A stretch of DNA of 64,000 nt from Scyliorhinus canicula (Eukaryota): contig NC_052172.1 of NCBI RefSeq assembly GCF_902713615.1, forward strand, positions 3,844,001 through 3,908,000, read 5' to 3'. This document shows, piece after piece, positions 1 to 11,129 of this stretch; positions within the stretch are counted from its first letter, which is position 1, and every line of letters starts with the position of its first letter. The notes beneath the pieces are model-generated. The model was not told the DNA's origin. It saw only the letters and a program-made list of their open reading frames with translations, and ran no database searches. A program made the translations under genes and the position numbers.

Positions 1-739
1 GGGCTTCGTGACTATCTTACTTATGCGACCGCGGTTTTCGATTTTCCCCCATCCAAGGAGATGGGTTGAAGTGTATATACTTCAACGCAAGAAGCATCAG
101 GAATAAGGTGGGTGAACTTAAGGCATGGATCGGTACTTGGGACTTCGATGTGGTGGCCATCACGGAAACTTGGATAGAAGAGGGGCAGAAACGGTTGTTG
201 GAGGTCCCTGGTTATAGATGTTTCAACAAGATTAGGGAGGATGGTAAAAGAGGTAGGTGGGGGGGGGGGGGGTGGCATTGTTAATTAGAGATAGTATAAC
301 AGCTGCAGAAAGGCAGTTCGAGGAGGATCTGCCTACTGAGGTAGTATGGGTTGAAGTCAGAAATAGGAAAGGAGCAGTCACTTTGTTGGGAGTTTTCTAT
401 AGGCCCCCAAATAGCAGCAGAGATGTGGAGGAACAGATTGGGAAACAGATTTTGGAAAGGTGCAGAAGTCACAGGGTAGTAGTCATGGGTGACTTCAACT
501 TCCCAAATATTGAGTGGAAACTCTTTAGATCAAATAGTTTGGATGGGGTGGTGTTTGTGCAGTGTATCCAGGAAGCTTTTCTAACACAGTATGTAGATTG
601 TCTGACCAGAGGGGAGGCCATATTGGATTTGGTACTTGGTAATGAACCAGGGCAAGTGAGAGATTTGTTAGTGGGGGAGCATTTTGGAGGTAGTGATCAC
701 AATTCTGTGATTCGCTTTAGTAATGGAGAGGGATAGGTG

Positions 740-1603
740 TGCCAGGTATCGTTAAGATACCGCCACAAGTTTCAAGGTCAAGTTCAAAGCAATAAAACCA
801 TACACCAATTAATAAGTTCAAACAAATGAGTTGATTATAGTACAATTATAAACTACTCATGCACACGCTAAGATGACTAAACTATTCCTACCACTAAACA
901 GACCAATACTTATCTGAATAAGGAACTGCCGGATCAGGGGGACAATGGCCTCTTGCTCTGCACTGGGTCCGCAGACTTCAGGTTGGTACGGGTTAAAAGG
1001 GGTCAGGAGTGTCTATCTCTGGTAGCGATCGTTGTGAGACACTTGCTGGCGGCTGCTGTCCGAACCTCCTTTCTCTCGGTCAAGGTCTTCTTCGGTAAAG
1101 GGTGGTCGAGAGGGCTGGTCAAGAGAGGAGGGCTGGTCAAGAAGAACGAACTGAGTTTGGGACCTGTCTTTTATAGGTCCCAGGGCTTTGCGCCCTTTTG
1201 GGCGGATCCTCTATCTGCTGGGGATCGTTTGGGCCTCTTCCCAATCGATTTGTTTGAATCCCCCCCAATACTGAGACTGTCCCTCGGCTACTGGGCGGGC
1301 CTTCAGGTGCTTTGTCTTCGAACCCTGCTGGTGCCTGGGTGTCTGGCTTCCTATACAATGTTGCAATCACTTCCCTATTTGTGTCCATTGTCCCTGGGAT
1401 CATTGCATTACTATGCTAACTGTCCCGGAGATTGCCTCATTAGCATGCGGAATGTTCGTTTCGGTGCTGTCTGCTCTCCTAGCAGACAGAATCCACATTG
1501 GCTTGGTGCAGCCTGCTTGTGCTGCAAACTTTGTCCATTTTACCCTGCAAGCTTTGCGTTCCTCCAGTTTGTATTGAGGGAATGGCCAACTTCGGTGGCT
1601 ACA
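740..1603 (-). mobile_element. LTR-like insertion (probable solo or truncated LTR) inside CR1 ORF2
   Basis: About 860 bp of non-CR1 sequence splits ORF2. The minus strand begins TGTAGCCACC and has TATAAAA near 1169-1175. Possible 4-bp TSD CAGG (743-746/1604-1607). The other end is unclear. Confidence 0.65.
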
Positions 1604-3167
1604 CAGGGCAAGGTTTAAAATTGGGGGAAGGGTAAATACAATGCTGTCAGACAAGAATTGAAGTACATCAGTTGGGAACATAGGCTGTCAGGAAAGGACA
1701 CAAGTGAAATGTGGAACTTGTTCAAGGAACAGGTACTGCGTGTCTTTGATATGTATGTCCCTGTCAGGCAGGGAAGAGATGGTCGAGTGAGGGAACCATG
1801 GTTGACAAGAGAGGTTGAATGTCTTGTTAAGAGGAAGAAGGAGACTTGCGTAAGGCTGAGGAAACAAGGTTCAGACAGGGTGCTGGAGGAATACAAGATA
1901 GCCAGGAGGGAACTGAAGAAAGGGATTAAGAGAGGGCATGAAAAATCTTTGGCGGGTAGGATCAAGGAAAACCCCAAGGCCTTTTACACATACGTGAGAA
2001 ATATGAGAATGACTAGAGCGAGGGTAGGTCCGATCAAGGACAGTAGCGGGAGATTGTGTATTGAGTCTGAAGAGATAGGAGAGGTCTTGAACGAGTACTT
2101 TTCTTCAGTATTTACGAATGAGAGGGGCCATATTGTTGGAGAGGACAGTGTGAAACAGACTGGTAAGCTCGAGGAGATACTTGTTAGGAAGGAAGATGTG
2201 TTGGGCATTTTGAAAAACTTGAGGATAGACAAGCCTCCCGGGCCTGACGGAATATATCCAAGGATTCTATGGGAAGCAAGAAATGAAATTGCAGAGCCGT
2301 TGGCAATGATCTTTTCGTCCTCACTGTCAACAGGGGTGGTACCAGGGGATTGAAGAGTGGCGAATGTTGTGCCCCTGTTCAAAAAAGGGAATAGGGATAA
2401 CCCTGGGAATTACAGACCAGTTAGTCTTACTTTGGTGATAGGCAAAGTAATGGAAAGGGTACTGAGGGATAGGATTTCTGAGCATCTAGAAAGACACTGC
2501 CTGATTAGGGATAGTCAGCACGGATTTGTGAGGGGTAGGACTTGCCTTACAAGTCTTATTGACTTATTTGAGGAGGTGACCAAGCATGTGGATGAAGGTA
2601 AAGCAGTGGATGTAGTGTACATGGATTTTAGTATGGCATTTGATAAGGTTCCCCATGGTAGGCTTATGCAGAAAGTAAGGAGGCATGGGATAGTGGGAAA
2701 TTTGGCCAGTGGATAACGAAGTGGCTAACCGATAGAAGTCAGAGAGTGGTGGTGGATGGCAAATATTCAGCCTGGAGCCCAGTTACCAGTGGTGTACCAC
2801 AGGGATCAGTTCTGGGTCCTCTGCTGTTTGTGATTTTCAGTAATGACTTGGATGAGGGAGTTGAAGGGTGGGTCAGTAAATTTACAGATGATACGTAGAT
2901 TGGTGGCGTTGTGGATAGTGAGGAGGGGTGTTGTCGGCTGCAAAGAGACATAGATAGGATGCAGAGCTGGGCTGAGAAGTGGCAGATGGAGTCTAACCCT
3001 GACAAGTGTGAGGATGTCCATTTTGGAAGGACAAATATGAATGCGGAATACAGGGTTAACGGTAGGGTTCTTGGCAATGTGGAGGAGCAGAGAGATCTTG
3101 GGGTCTATGTTCATAGATCTTTGAAGGTTGCCACTCAAGTGGATAGAGCTGTGAAGAAGGCCTGTGG

Positions 3168-3614
3168 CAGGGGTGGGCAAACTACGGCCCGCGGGCTGCA
3201 TGCGGCCCACCAAAGGTCTTTATGCGGCCCACCAATTTTTTTGTAAATTTTTTATATATTTTTTTTATAAGGTTAATGGGGGAGGGGGGCTGTTGGGTTA
3301 CTGGTATAGGTGGATACGTTGACTTGAGTAGGGTGATCATTGCTCGGCACAACATCGAGGGCTGAAGGGCCTGTTCTGTGCTGTACTGTTCTATGTTCTA
3401 TATGAGGCGCCCAGAATCATAACCGGGTGAAGCACCATTTTTGAAAAGTAGACAAAAAGAGGGCTAAAGGCAGGATGCCGCCGGGGGAAGCGCTGAGGTA
3501 TATGCCCCATGCTAATTGGTTACAACCGGGACTATTAATTAATATACTATGCGGCCCTTTAAAATTGTGAATTTCTGAATGTGGCCCTTGCACGGAAAAA
3601 TTTGCCCACCCCTG
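3168..3614. mobile_element. Non-autonomous hAT-type DNA transposon (MITE)
   Basis: 14-bp TIRs CAGGGGTGGGCAAA / TTTGCCCACCCCTG; 8-bp TSD GCCTGTGG (3160-3167) / GCCTATGG (3615-3622); subterminal GCGGCCC motifs; contains a SINE 3' fragment (~3268-3400). Confidence 0.9.
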
Positions 3615-4166
3615 GCCTATGGTGTGCTAGCATTCGTTAGCAGAGGGATTGAATTTAAGAGCCGTGAGGTGATGATGCAGCTGTACAAAACCTTGGTAAG
3701 GCCACATTTGGAGTACTGTGTGCAGTTCTGGTCACCTCATTTTAGGAAGGATGTGGAATCTTTGGAAAAGGTGCAAAGGAGATTTACCAGGATGTTGCCT
3801 GGAATGGAGAGTAGGTCTTACGAGGAAAGGTTGAGGGTGTTAGGCCTTTTCTTATTAGAACCGAGAAGGATGAGGGGCGACTTGATAGAGGTTTATAAGA
3901 TGATCAGGGGAATAGATAGAGTAGACAGTCAGATACTTTTTCCCCGGGTAGAACAAACCATTACAAGGGGACATAAATTTAAGGTGAATGGTGGAAGATA
4001 TAGAGGGGATGTCAGAGGTAGCTTCTTTACCCAGAGAGTAGTGGGGGCATGGAATGCACTGCCTGTGGAAGTAGTTGAGTTGGAAACGTTAGGGACCTTC
4101 AAGCGGCTATTGGATAGGTACATGGATTATGGTAGAATAATAGAGTGTAGATTAATTTGTTCTTAA

Positions 4167-4376
4167 GGGCAGCACGGTAGCACGGTGGGTAGCACAATTG
4201 CTTCACAGCTCCAGGGTCCCAGGTTCGATTCCGGCTTGGGTCACTGTCTGTGTGGAGTCTGCACATCCTCCCCGTGTGTGCGTGGGTTTCCTCCGGGTGC
4301 TCCGGTTTCCTCCCACAGTCCAAAGATGTGCAGGTTGGGTGCATTGGCCATGATAAATTGCCCTTAGTGTCCAAAA
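4167..4376 (+). mobile_element. HE1/V-SINE-like tRNA-derived SINE body embedded in the CR1 3' UTR
   Basis: tRNA-like head with B box GGTTCGATTCC and core CTCCGGTTTCCTCCCACAGTCCAAAGATGTGCAGG; the CR1 tail resumes at 4377. Confidence 0.9.
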
Positions 4377-5022
4377 TTCTATGATTAACCTAGGACAAAA
4401 GTTCGACACAACATCGTGGGCTGAAGGGCCTGTTCTGTGCTGTATTTCTCTATATTCTATGTCCGCTGTCTGCACAGAGAGTGTGGCCAGACACTCTCAG
4501 TACTTTGCATGCTTGTGTGGCTCTGCATGCAGTTCATTGGCTGTCACTGTACCAGTTCCAGATTTGGTGGGAGGGCAGTGGAATGATTTGTGGAGATGGG
4601 TGGCTCAAGACGAAACAGGGAACAGGTTGCTGGTGTCTGTGTGTGTTTAACTACATTGTAGGTCAGGTGCCAGCAATGGTGCAAAAGATAGGACTGTGCA
4701 AGCAGGTTGTTTGAAAGAGGCTGAGTAGGTTGCCCTGTTGGGTGAGACCTCTCATCAAAAAGGACTTTACCCTGCCTTCCATAACCTCCAGGATCCGACT
4801 TGAAATATTAACTGCCTTTCGGTCAGTTCCTGATTGACCAGTGGCACATTCCCTACATTTACTGCTTGTACTGTATTTCAGTTCAGTCTTCCTTCGCCAC
4901 AAGTGAAGTTTGCTGATTTGGATTGGGACATTTTTTATGTCGCTTCATGTTTCTCCCCAGAACGGGGAGGTGTGATGGAGGAAGGAAATTAATTACTGGG
5001 CAAAGATGTACCAACAAAGTCA

Positions 5023-5130
5023 ATGACACTCCCGCTGGTTCATCGGGGAAGTGGTGCTCGAGCGAAGTCCAGGGCACTACGACTGGCTCAGCAGTTCGGC
5101 GGGGGGCGGGGGCGGCAGGAAGAAGATTGG
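5023..5130 (+). CDS. Candidate first coding exon of an unknown multi-exon gene (exon 4961-5130; MTLPLVHRGSG...RQEEDW)
   Basis: Acceptor tttctccccag|4961; donor TGG|gtgagc at 5131; ATG at 5023; ends in phase 0, matching the next exon. Confidence 0.45.
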
Positions 5131-5249
5131 GTGAGCGATAACGATAGGAGACGCGATTGGAGAACAGACCGGCAATAAGGAAGTTGCTGAATGGGGGAAG
5201 GCTGAACAGTCACGGTCCAGATCTGTACCAACGGCATGGGTGGAAAGAT

Positions 5250-5552
5250 GGGCGGGATGGTGGCACAGTGATTAGCGCTGTTGCTTCACAGCGCCAGGGT
5301 CCCGGGTTCGATTCCCGGCTTGGGACACTGTCTGTGCGGAGTCTGCACGTTCTCCCCGTGTCTGCGTGGGTTTTCTCCGAGGTTTCCTCCCACAAGTCCC
5401 GAAAGACGTGCTATTAGGTGAATTGGACATTCCGAATTCTCCCTCTGTGTACCCGAACAGGCGCCGGAATGTGGCGACTAGGGGCTTTTCACAGTAACTT
5501 CATTGCAGTGTTAATGTTAACCGACTTGTGACAATAAAGATTCTTATTATTA
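5250..5552 (+). mobile_element. V-SINE-like SINE, tail type c
   Basis: tRNA-like head and core; ends ...GGCGCCGGAATGTGGCGACTAGGGGCTTTTCACAGTAACTTCATTGCAG...ATTATT. Confidence 0.9.
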
Positions 5553-5599
5553 GGGATGTGGTCCTGCAGTCAGAAATTATGGAGTTAGGTAGGAAATTA

Positions 5600-6000
5600 G
5601 ATAGATAGAACAGTACAGCACAGAACAGGCCCTTCGGCCCTCGATGTTGTGCCGAGCCATGATCACCCTACTCAAACCCACGTATCCACCCTATACCCAT
5701 AACCCAACAACCCCCCCCCCCAATCCACCATTCACCCAGACCCTGGCTAATCATTCACTTCATTTCCCTGCGCTATCCCCGTATCCCTTGACGTTTTTAA
5801 TACGTAGAAATCTATCAACCTGTGTCTCGAACATGCTCAAGGTTTGAGCTTCCACCGCCCTGTGGGGTCGAGAATTCCAAAATTTGCCACTCTCTGACTG
5901 AAGAAATCCCTCCTCCTCTCGGTCCTAAATGACCGGCCCCTTATTGAGACTGGTGTCCCCTGCTTCCCGACACCCCAACCTGGGGGGGAGGGACATCCTT
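5600..6000 (-). mobile_element. SINE 3' fragment plus CR1 3' fragment
   Basis: Reverse complement of the tail-b SINE end, then CR1 peptide IRGRSFRTERRRDFFSQRV. Confidence 0.8.
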
Positions 6001-6045
6001 CCTGCAGGCTGAGGAAAGTCGTCGTGCCTTTTAACGTTTTCACAG

Positions 6046-6121
6046 TTCCTGTGCTCTGAACGGGATGATGAGCAGGCAGTCGCCACACTGGACTCCACAG
6101 AGCTTCAGCAGCTGCTGATGG
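6046..6121 (+). CDS. Candidate coding exon (FLCSERDDEQAVATLDSTELQQLLM)
   Basis: Acceptor ttttaacgttttcacag; donor TGG|gtaaat; only the phase-0 frame is open; coding-like codon use. Confidence 0.55.
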
Positions 6122-6369
6122 GTAAATCTATTCTGGCCTGTACTCTTCTCCAGTCTGTTCAGTGTATTTACTCTCTATCACCTATTCTGCCTCCCGTTTA
6201 ATAAGCTGTCTCTGCGTTCAATGCGTTGCTGTGACCCGGAGCAATATCTATGGGTCTCTGTGCAGCATTTTCTCAGTAAATCTCCGGTGCTGGTTCCCAT
6301 AAGCCAATTGCTGAAAGACCACACTGGGGCCAATCTTTACTCGGTCTTTGTGTTAATTTTTTGTTTTAG

Positions 6370-6377
6370 AACAGCAG
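6370..6377 (+). CDS. Candidate 8-nt microexon (AACAGCAG)
   Basis: T-rich acceptor ttttttgttttag; weaker donor CAG|gtggtt; converts phase 1 to phase 0. Confidence 0.25.
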
Positions 6378-6385
6378 GTGGTTAT

Positions 6386-6600
6386 GGGCGGCACGGGGGT
6401 GCAGTGGTTAGCACTGCTGCCTCACGGCGCCAAGGACCCCAGGTTCGATCCCGGCCCTGGGTCACTGTCCGTGTGGAGTTTGCACATTCTCCCCGTGTCT
6501 GTGTGGGTCTCACCCCACGCCCCAAAGATATGCAGGGCAGGTGAATTGGCCATGCTAAATTGTCTCTTAATTGAAAAAAAAAATTGGATACTCTAAATTT
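6386..6600 (+). mobile_element. Short V-SINE-like SINE, type d
   Basis: Head and core; ends TTAATTGAAAAAAAAATTGGATACTCTAAATTT with no LINE-like tail. Confidence 0.88.
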
Positions 6601-6609
6601 AAAAAAAAG

Positions 6610-7960
6610 ACATAGGAATAGAATTAGGCCATTTGGCCCATCGAGCCTGCTTCGACATTCAATCATGTCTGATATGTTTCTCATTCCCCAGCCTTCTCCC
6701 CATACCTCTTGATCCTATGGAAAATAGAAGCAGGATGAGGCCATTCGGCCCTTTGCTCCGCCATTCATTATGATCTCAGCTGGTCATCAAGTTCAATACC
6801 CTGATCCCACCTCCCCCGCCCCCCCTACCCCCCATATCCCTTTAGCCACAAGAGCTGTACCGATTTCCTTCTTGAAGTTACAATGTTTTGGCCTCAAGTA
6901 CTTTCTGTGGTAATTATTGATTATTAATCAAGAATCTTTCTGTCTATCTGTCTCTTAAAGGCACTCCTCCACAGCCCTCTGCGATAAAGCGTTCCACAAA
7001 TTCACCACCCTCTGGCCGAATAAATTCCTCCTCATTAGAGATAAGAATGAGACCATGGAGGAATTTGAACAAGAGGACGTGTTTAAGACTATAAGATATT
7101 GCCGCGGAATTTGACCATTGACAGAATCATAGAATTTACAGTGCAGCAGGAGACCATTCAGCCCATCGAGTCTGCACCGGCCCTTGAAAAGAGCACCCCA
7201 CTTAAGCCCGCACCTCCACCCTATCCCAGGAACCCCACCCATTCGGCCCATCTAGTCTGCTCTGCAATCATGGCTGATATATTTCTCATCCCCATTCCCC
7301 TGCCTTCTCCCATAACCCCTGATCCCCTTATTAATCAAGACCCTATCTATCTCTGTCTTAAAGACACTCAGTGATTTGGCCTCCACAGCCTTCTGCGGCA
7401 AAGAGTTCCACAGATTCACCACCCTCTGTCTGAAGAAATTCCTCCTGGTCTCTGTTTTAAAGGATCGTCCCTTTAGTCTGAGATTTGTGTCCTCTGGTTC
7501 TAGCTTCTCCTACAAGTGCAGCACGGTAGCATAGTGGTTAGCAGAATTGCTTCACAGCACCAGGGTCCCAGAGTCGATTCCCGGCTTGGGTCACTGTCTG
7601 TGCGGAGTTTGCACGTTCTCCCCGTGTGTGCGTGGGTTTCCTCCGGGTGCTCCGGTTTCCTCCCACAGTCCAAAGATGTACAGGTTAGGTGGATTGGCCA
7701 TGATACATTGTCCCTTAGTGTCCAAAATTGCCCTTAGTGTTGGGTAGGGTTACTGGGTTATGGGGATAGGGGGAAGCTGTGGGCTTGGGTAGGGTGCTCT
7801 TTCCAAGAGCTGGTGCAGACTAGATGGGCCAAATGGCCTCCTTCTGCACTGTAAATTCTATGAAGTGGAAACATCCTCTCCACGTCCACTCTATCCAGGC
7901 CTCGTAGTATCCTGTAAGTTTCAATGAGATCCCCCCTCATCCTTCTAAACTCCAACAAGC
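6610..7960 (-). mobile_element. Stack of CR1 3' fragments with inserted SINEs (7123-7245 minus; 7519-7863 plus)
   Basis: Several CR1 tails; peptides QRVVNLWNAL and LEFRRMRGDLIETY; a full tail-a SINE at 7519-7863. Confidence 0.85.
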
Positions 7961-8479
7961 ACAGACTGAGTCCTGAATTGAGTTATTGATGTCAACTGTC
8001 CCTCGATATGGTCACAGGCGGGATCTCACTGTCATGACTTCATCCGTCGCCGCTTTGCTCAATCGCCATTTTAGTTTTTCGCTGATTTCTTTTTCATTTG
8101 TCTTTTTTTTGTTCCGTTCAGTGGGAGCGAAGTGGGAATCCATCATACCGAGCTTTCTCTGCTTTTCCAATGCTGTGTCCCATTGTTTGCCTTTTGCTCG
8201 ATCTGATTGAAAAGGCGTTTTAAATGCAGAGTGGAGCAGGGCAACTCCCTGCTGCAGAGTGTGGAGTAAAACAGTGCAAGCATATACCCCCTAACCCAAC
8301 TGCATCACTTTCAGCACATATCTCTTTACATTATGTAAGATTTAATGATTAGAGGGGACAAATTAACAAAAGATCAAATAAACAAATTTAAAGGGCAGCC
8401 CCTTAAAGGGAAACACTTTGTATGTGGGCAAGTGAAACGCCCAATTAATGCCTGCACATAATTAAACATAATTAACACG

Positions 8480-9120
8480 CATCTGTGCGTGCGCGCATCT
8501 GTGTGGGCGCCATCTTTGTGAGCGCGCATCTGTGTGTGTGCGCGCGTCTGAGTGTGGGCGCGCGTCTGAGTGTGGGCGCGCGTCTGAGTGTGGGCGCGCG
8601 TCTGAGTGTGGGCGCGCGTCTGAGTGTGGGCGCGCGTCTGAGTGTGGGCGCGCGTCTGACAGAGTGTGGGCGCGCGTCTGACAGAGTGTGGGCGCGCGTA
8701 CGTCAGAGTGTGGGCGCGCGTACGTCAGAGTGTGGGCGCGCGTACGTCAGAGTGTGGGCGCGCGTACGTCAGAGTGTGGGCGCACACGCGTGTCTACCTG
8801 CGTGTCTGTCTACAATTGTGTGTGCCTGCCTGTTTGTGTGTGCGTGTGTGTATCTGTGTGTGTGCGTCTGTGTGTGCATGTGCATCTGTGTGCGTGCCTG
8901 TCTGTGTGCGTGCACGCGTCAGTCGGTGTGCTCGCGTGTCTGTGTTTGTGCGCACCTGTGTGTGCGCGCGTCTGTGCGCGTGTGTCTGTGTGTGCACGTG
9001 CCTGTGTGTGTGCCTGCGTCTGTGTGCCTGTGTTTGCGTGCGTCTGTGCGCATGCCTCTGTGTGTTTGTGTGCGTGTACATCTGTCTTTATGCATGCATC
9101 TATGTGTGCGTGTACTTGTG
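8480..9120. repeat. GT/GC-rich minisatellite (18-bp then 22-bp units) grading into degenerate (GT/GC)n
   Basis: About six CTGAGTGTGGGCGCGCGT units from ~8547; 22-bp units at 8656/8678 and 8701/8723 onward. Confidence 0.95.
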
Positions 9121-9409
9121 CCCTCCCCGTGTTTTCATGTGTCAACAAAATTATTTTAATTTGTCAGAGAGCCGAGTATTGTGTATAGTGATTTTATTTA
9201 ACAGAACATAGACTCATAGAGTAGAAGGAGGCCATTCAGCCTGTCATGTCTATGCTGACCCTCCGAAGGAGCAATTCATCCAGTGCCACACCCTTTGCCT
9301 TTTCCCCAGAGTCCTGCAAATTGTTTCATTTCTGATAATTATCGAATTCCCTTTTGGGAGCCTCAATTGAATCTGCCTCCACCACACTCTCGGTCAGTGC
9401 CTTCCTTCG

Positions 9410-9715
9410 TGGAATGTGGGCATCGCTGGGCTGGGTCAGCATTTGTTGCCCACCCCTAATTGCCCTTGAACTGAGTGGCTTCTTCAGACATTTGAGGGCA
9501 GTTGGAGGTAGGCTACATCGCGGTGAGGGCCGGGGGTCACGTGTAGGCCAGATCAGGTCTGCTGCCCGAAAGAAACTTTAGTGAACCAGGTGGGTCGTCG
9601 TTACTGAGGCCAGCTTTTCAATCCTAGCTTTTATCCAGTGAATGTGAATTGCACCAGCTGGCGTGGGGTTTGAACCCCTGTCCCCAGGGCGTTAGCCTGA
9701 GCCTCTGGACTACCA
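9410..9715 (-). mobile_element. Older tRNA-headed SINE-like repeat
   Basis: B-box-like GGGTTCAAACCCC on the minus strand; the end matches the LINE-like segment at ~12190-12390 and a degenerate copy at ~34270-34620. Confidence 0.6.
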
Positions 9716-9974
9716 GATACTCTGTATTGTCCTTGCTCAGGACCAGAATACTGCGGAACCCAGCCAGTTGGTAGAATATTGACCAGTGTCATCCAGCTCC
9801 CTTCTCTCCACAGACGCTGTCAGAACCGCTGAGATTGTCCACATTTCCTGTTTTTGTGTAGAATATTGGAATACTTTGTCACAGTTGAGAGACCATTGCT
9901 TCTTTTGACAGAAAAATGGCTAAATATTTGAAGGTGCGGGGAGGGAGGGGATCAATTTGGGTGACCATGGAACT

Positions 9975-10400
9975 ATAGAATCCCTACAGCACATAAGGGG
10001 GCCATTCGGCCCATCGAGCCTGCACCGACTCTCTGAAAGAGCACCTTACCCAGGCCCACTCTCCCGCCCCATCCCCGTAACCCCACCTAACCTGCACATC
10101 TTTGGACACTGAGGGGCAATTTATCACGGCCAATCCATCTAACCTGCACATCTTTGGACACTGAGGAGCAATTTATCACGGCCAATCCACCTAACCTGCC
10201 CATCTTTGGACACTGAGGGGCAATTTATCATGGCCAATCCACCTAACTTGCACATCTTTGGACTGTGGGAGGAAACCGGAGGAAACCCGTGCAGACTCCG
10301 CACAGGCAGTGACCCAAGCCGGGAATCGAACCTGGGACCCTGGAGCTGTGAAGCAACTGTGCCACCGTCACCCGAGGTTGGAATCGAACCCGGGTCCCTG
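9975..10400 (-). mobile_element. V-SINE-like SINE with an internal 52-bp triplication
   Basis: Units start at 10083, 10135, 10187 and 10239. Confidence 0.9.
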
Positions 10401-10603
10401 CCACTGTGTCACCCTCGCAAAAAGAGCCAATATGAAGATGATGGATGAATGGCTTCTTTATGTATTGTAAACTCTGGTTTTTCTTTCTCTCTTCCCTTTA
10501 ATAACCTGTGTGCTTACATATCTATTCATGGCCCCGCAGCGTTGTTACTTCCCTGCCTTATCGTCCCAGTGCACATCATTTATTTTTCTGTTCTGGTGTC
10601 CAG

Positions 10604-10648
10604 CTCGGCGTCAGAGTTTTCAGACCTGGGCCATCGAGTCCAAAGGCG
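10604..10648 (+). CDS. Candidate 45-nt exon (LGVRVFRPGPSSPKA or ARRQSFQTWAIESKG)
   Basis: Acceptor tttttctgttctggtgtccag; donor GCG|gtaatt; length a multiple of 3. Confidence 0.5.
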
Positions 10649-11129
10649 GTAATTTTAATATGGTGTTGTTGTGTCTTGTGGCGAACGGCAGGAGATAGTC
10701 TCAAGTATTAAAGGATTACCTTGGATGGAAATGAGCAGCTCAAGGCTGCAAACGGCAGGGAAGCGAGCCGATCTAGATATTCGAAAGCGTGGATTGGACA
10801 TTAAACTCCCAGGGAGTTTTGGTTAGCTCGCGCTCTTGTTTACTCTGAAGAAACCACACTGTTTTGCCGCGGATGCGGGCTACTCAGAAAAAAAACAACA
10901 CAATCCAAGTTCTGAAAACGAAACAGAACATTCTGGAAATGAGCTGGGGGCCGCTGTCAATCTTGGGCTCAGCCTTTGTAAGTGTGAAACCGTCTAAAAC
11001 CAAACACAGTTCTTCAGATGCCAGCCAGCAGTGCGGTACTCGGTCTCCTGATAACGCGTTCCGTAAATGTTTCTGTCTTCCGGGCTTGTGCTCTCATTGC
11101 AGCGGCCCGTACCCTGGTTTAGTTTAGAT

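Larger units (their letters stand above)
55..4460 (+). mobile_element. Degraded CR1-clade LINE (ORF2 endonuclease + RT, 3' UTR), interrupted by three insertions
   Basis: ORF pieces 66-284/257-736 carry APE motifs (NARSIRNK, AITETW, MGDFN, SDHN); 1658-2716 and 2911-4166 carry RT and C-terminal motifs (GNYRPVSLT, QHGF, AFDKVPH, RPHLEYCVQFWSP). Frameshift in the G-run near 260 and premature TGA at 2351-2353. Confidence 0.95.

Noticed and set aside
953-1618. 221-aa ORF
   Set aside because: It lies within the LTR-like insertion, has a non-ATG start and shows no recognisable motifs.
4961-5130. Selenoprotein reading of the frame with two in-frame TGA codons
   Set aside because: No SECIS element is visible, there is no redox motif, and that frame does not continue into exon 6046.
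8485-9211. Cys/Val-rich ORFs of 166-224 aa
   Set aside because: They are translations of a stop-poor GT/GC tandem repeat.
10719-10745. Minus-strand mini exon (ttgcag|...CAAG|gtaatc)
   Set aside because: It is isolated with no chain of partners. It shows that chance pseudo-exons occur, which tempers confidence in the + strand model.
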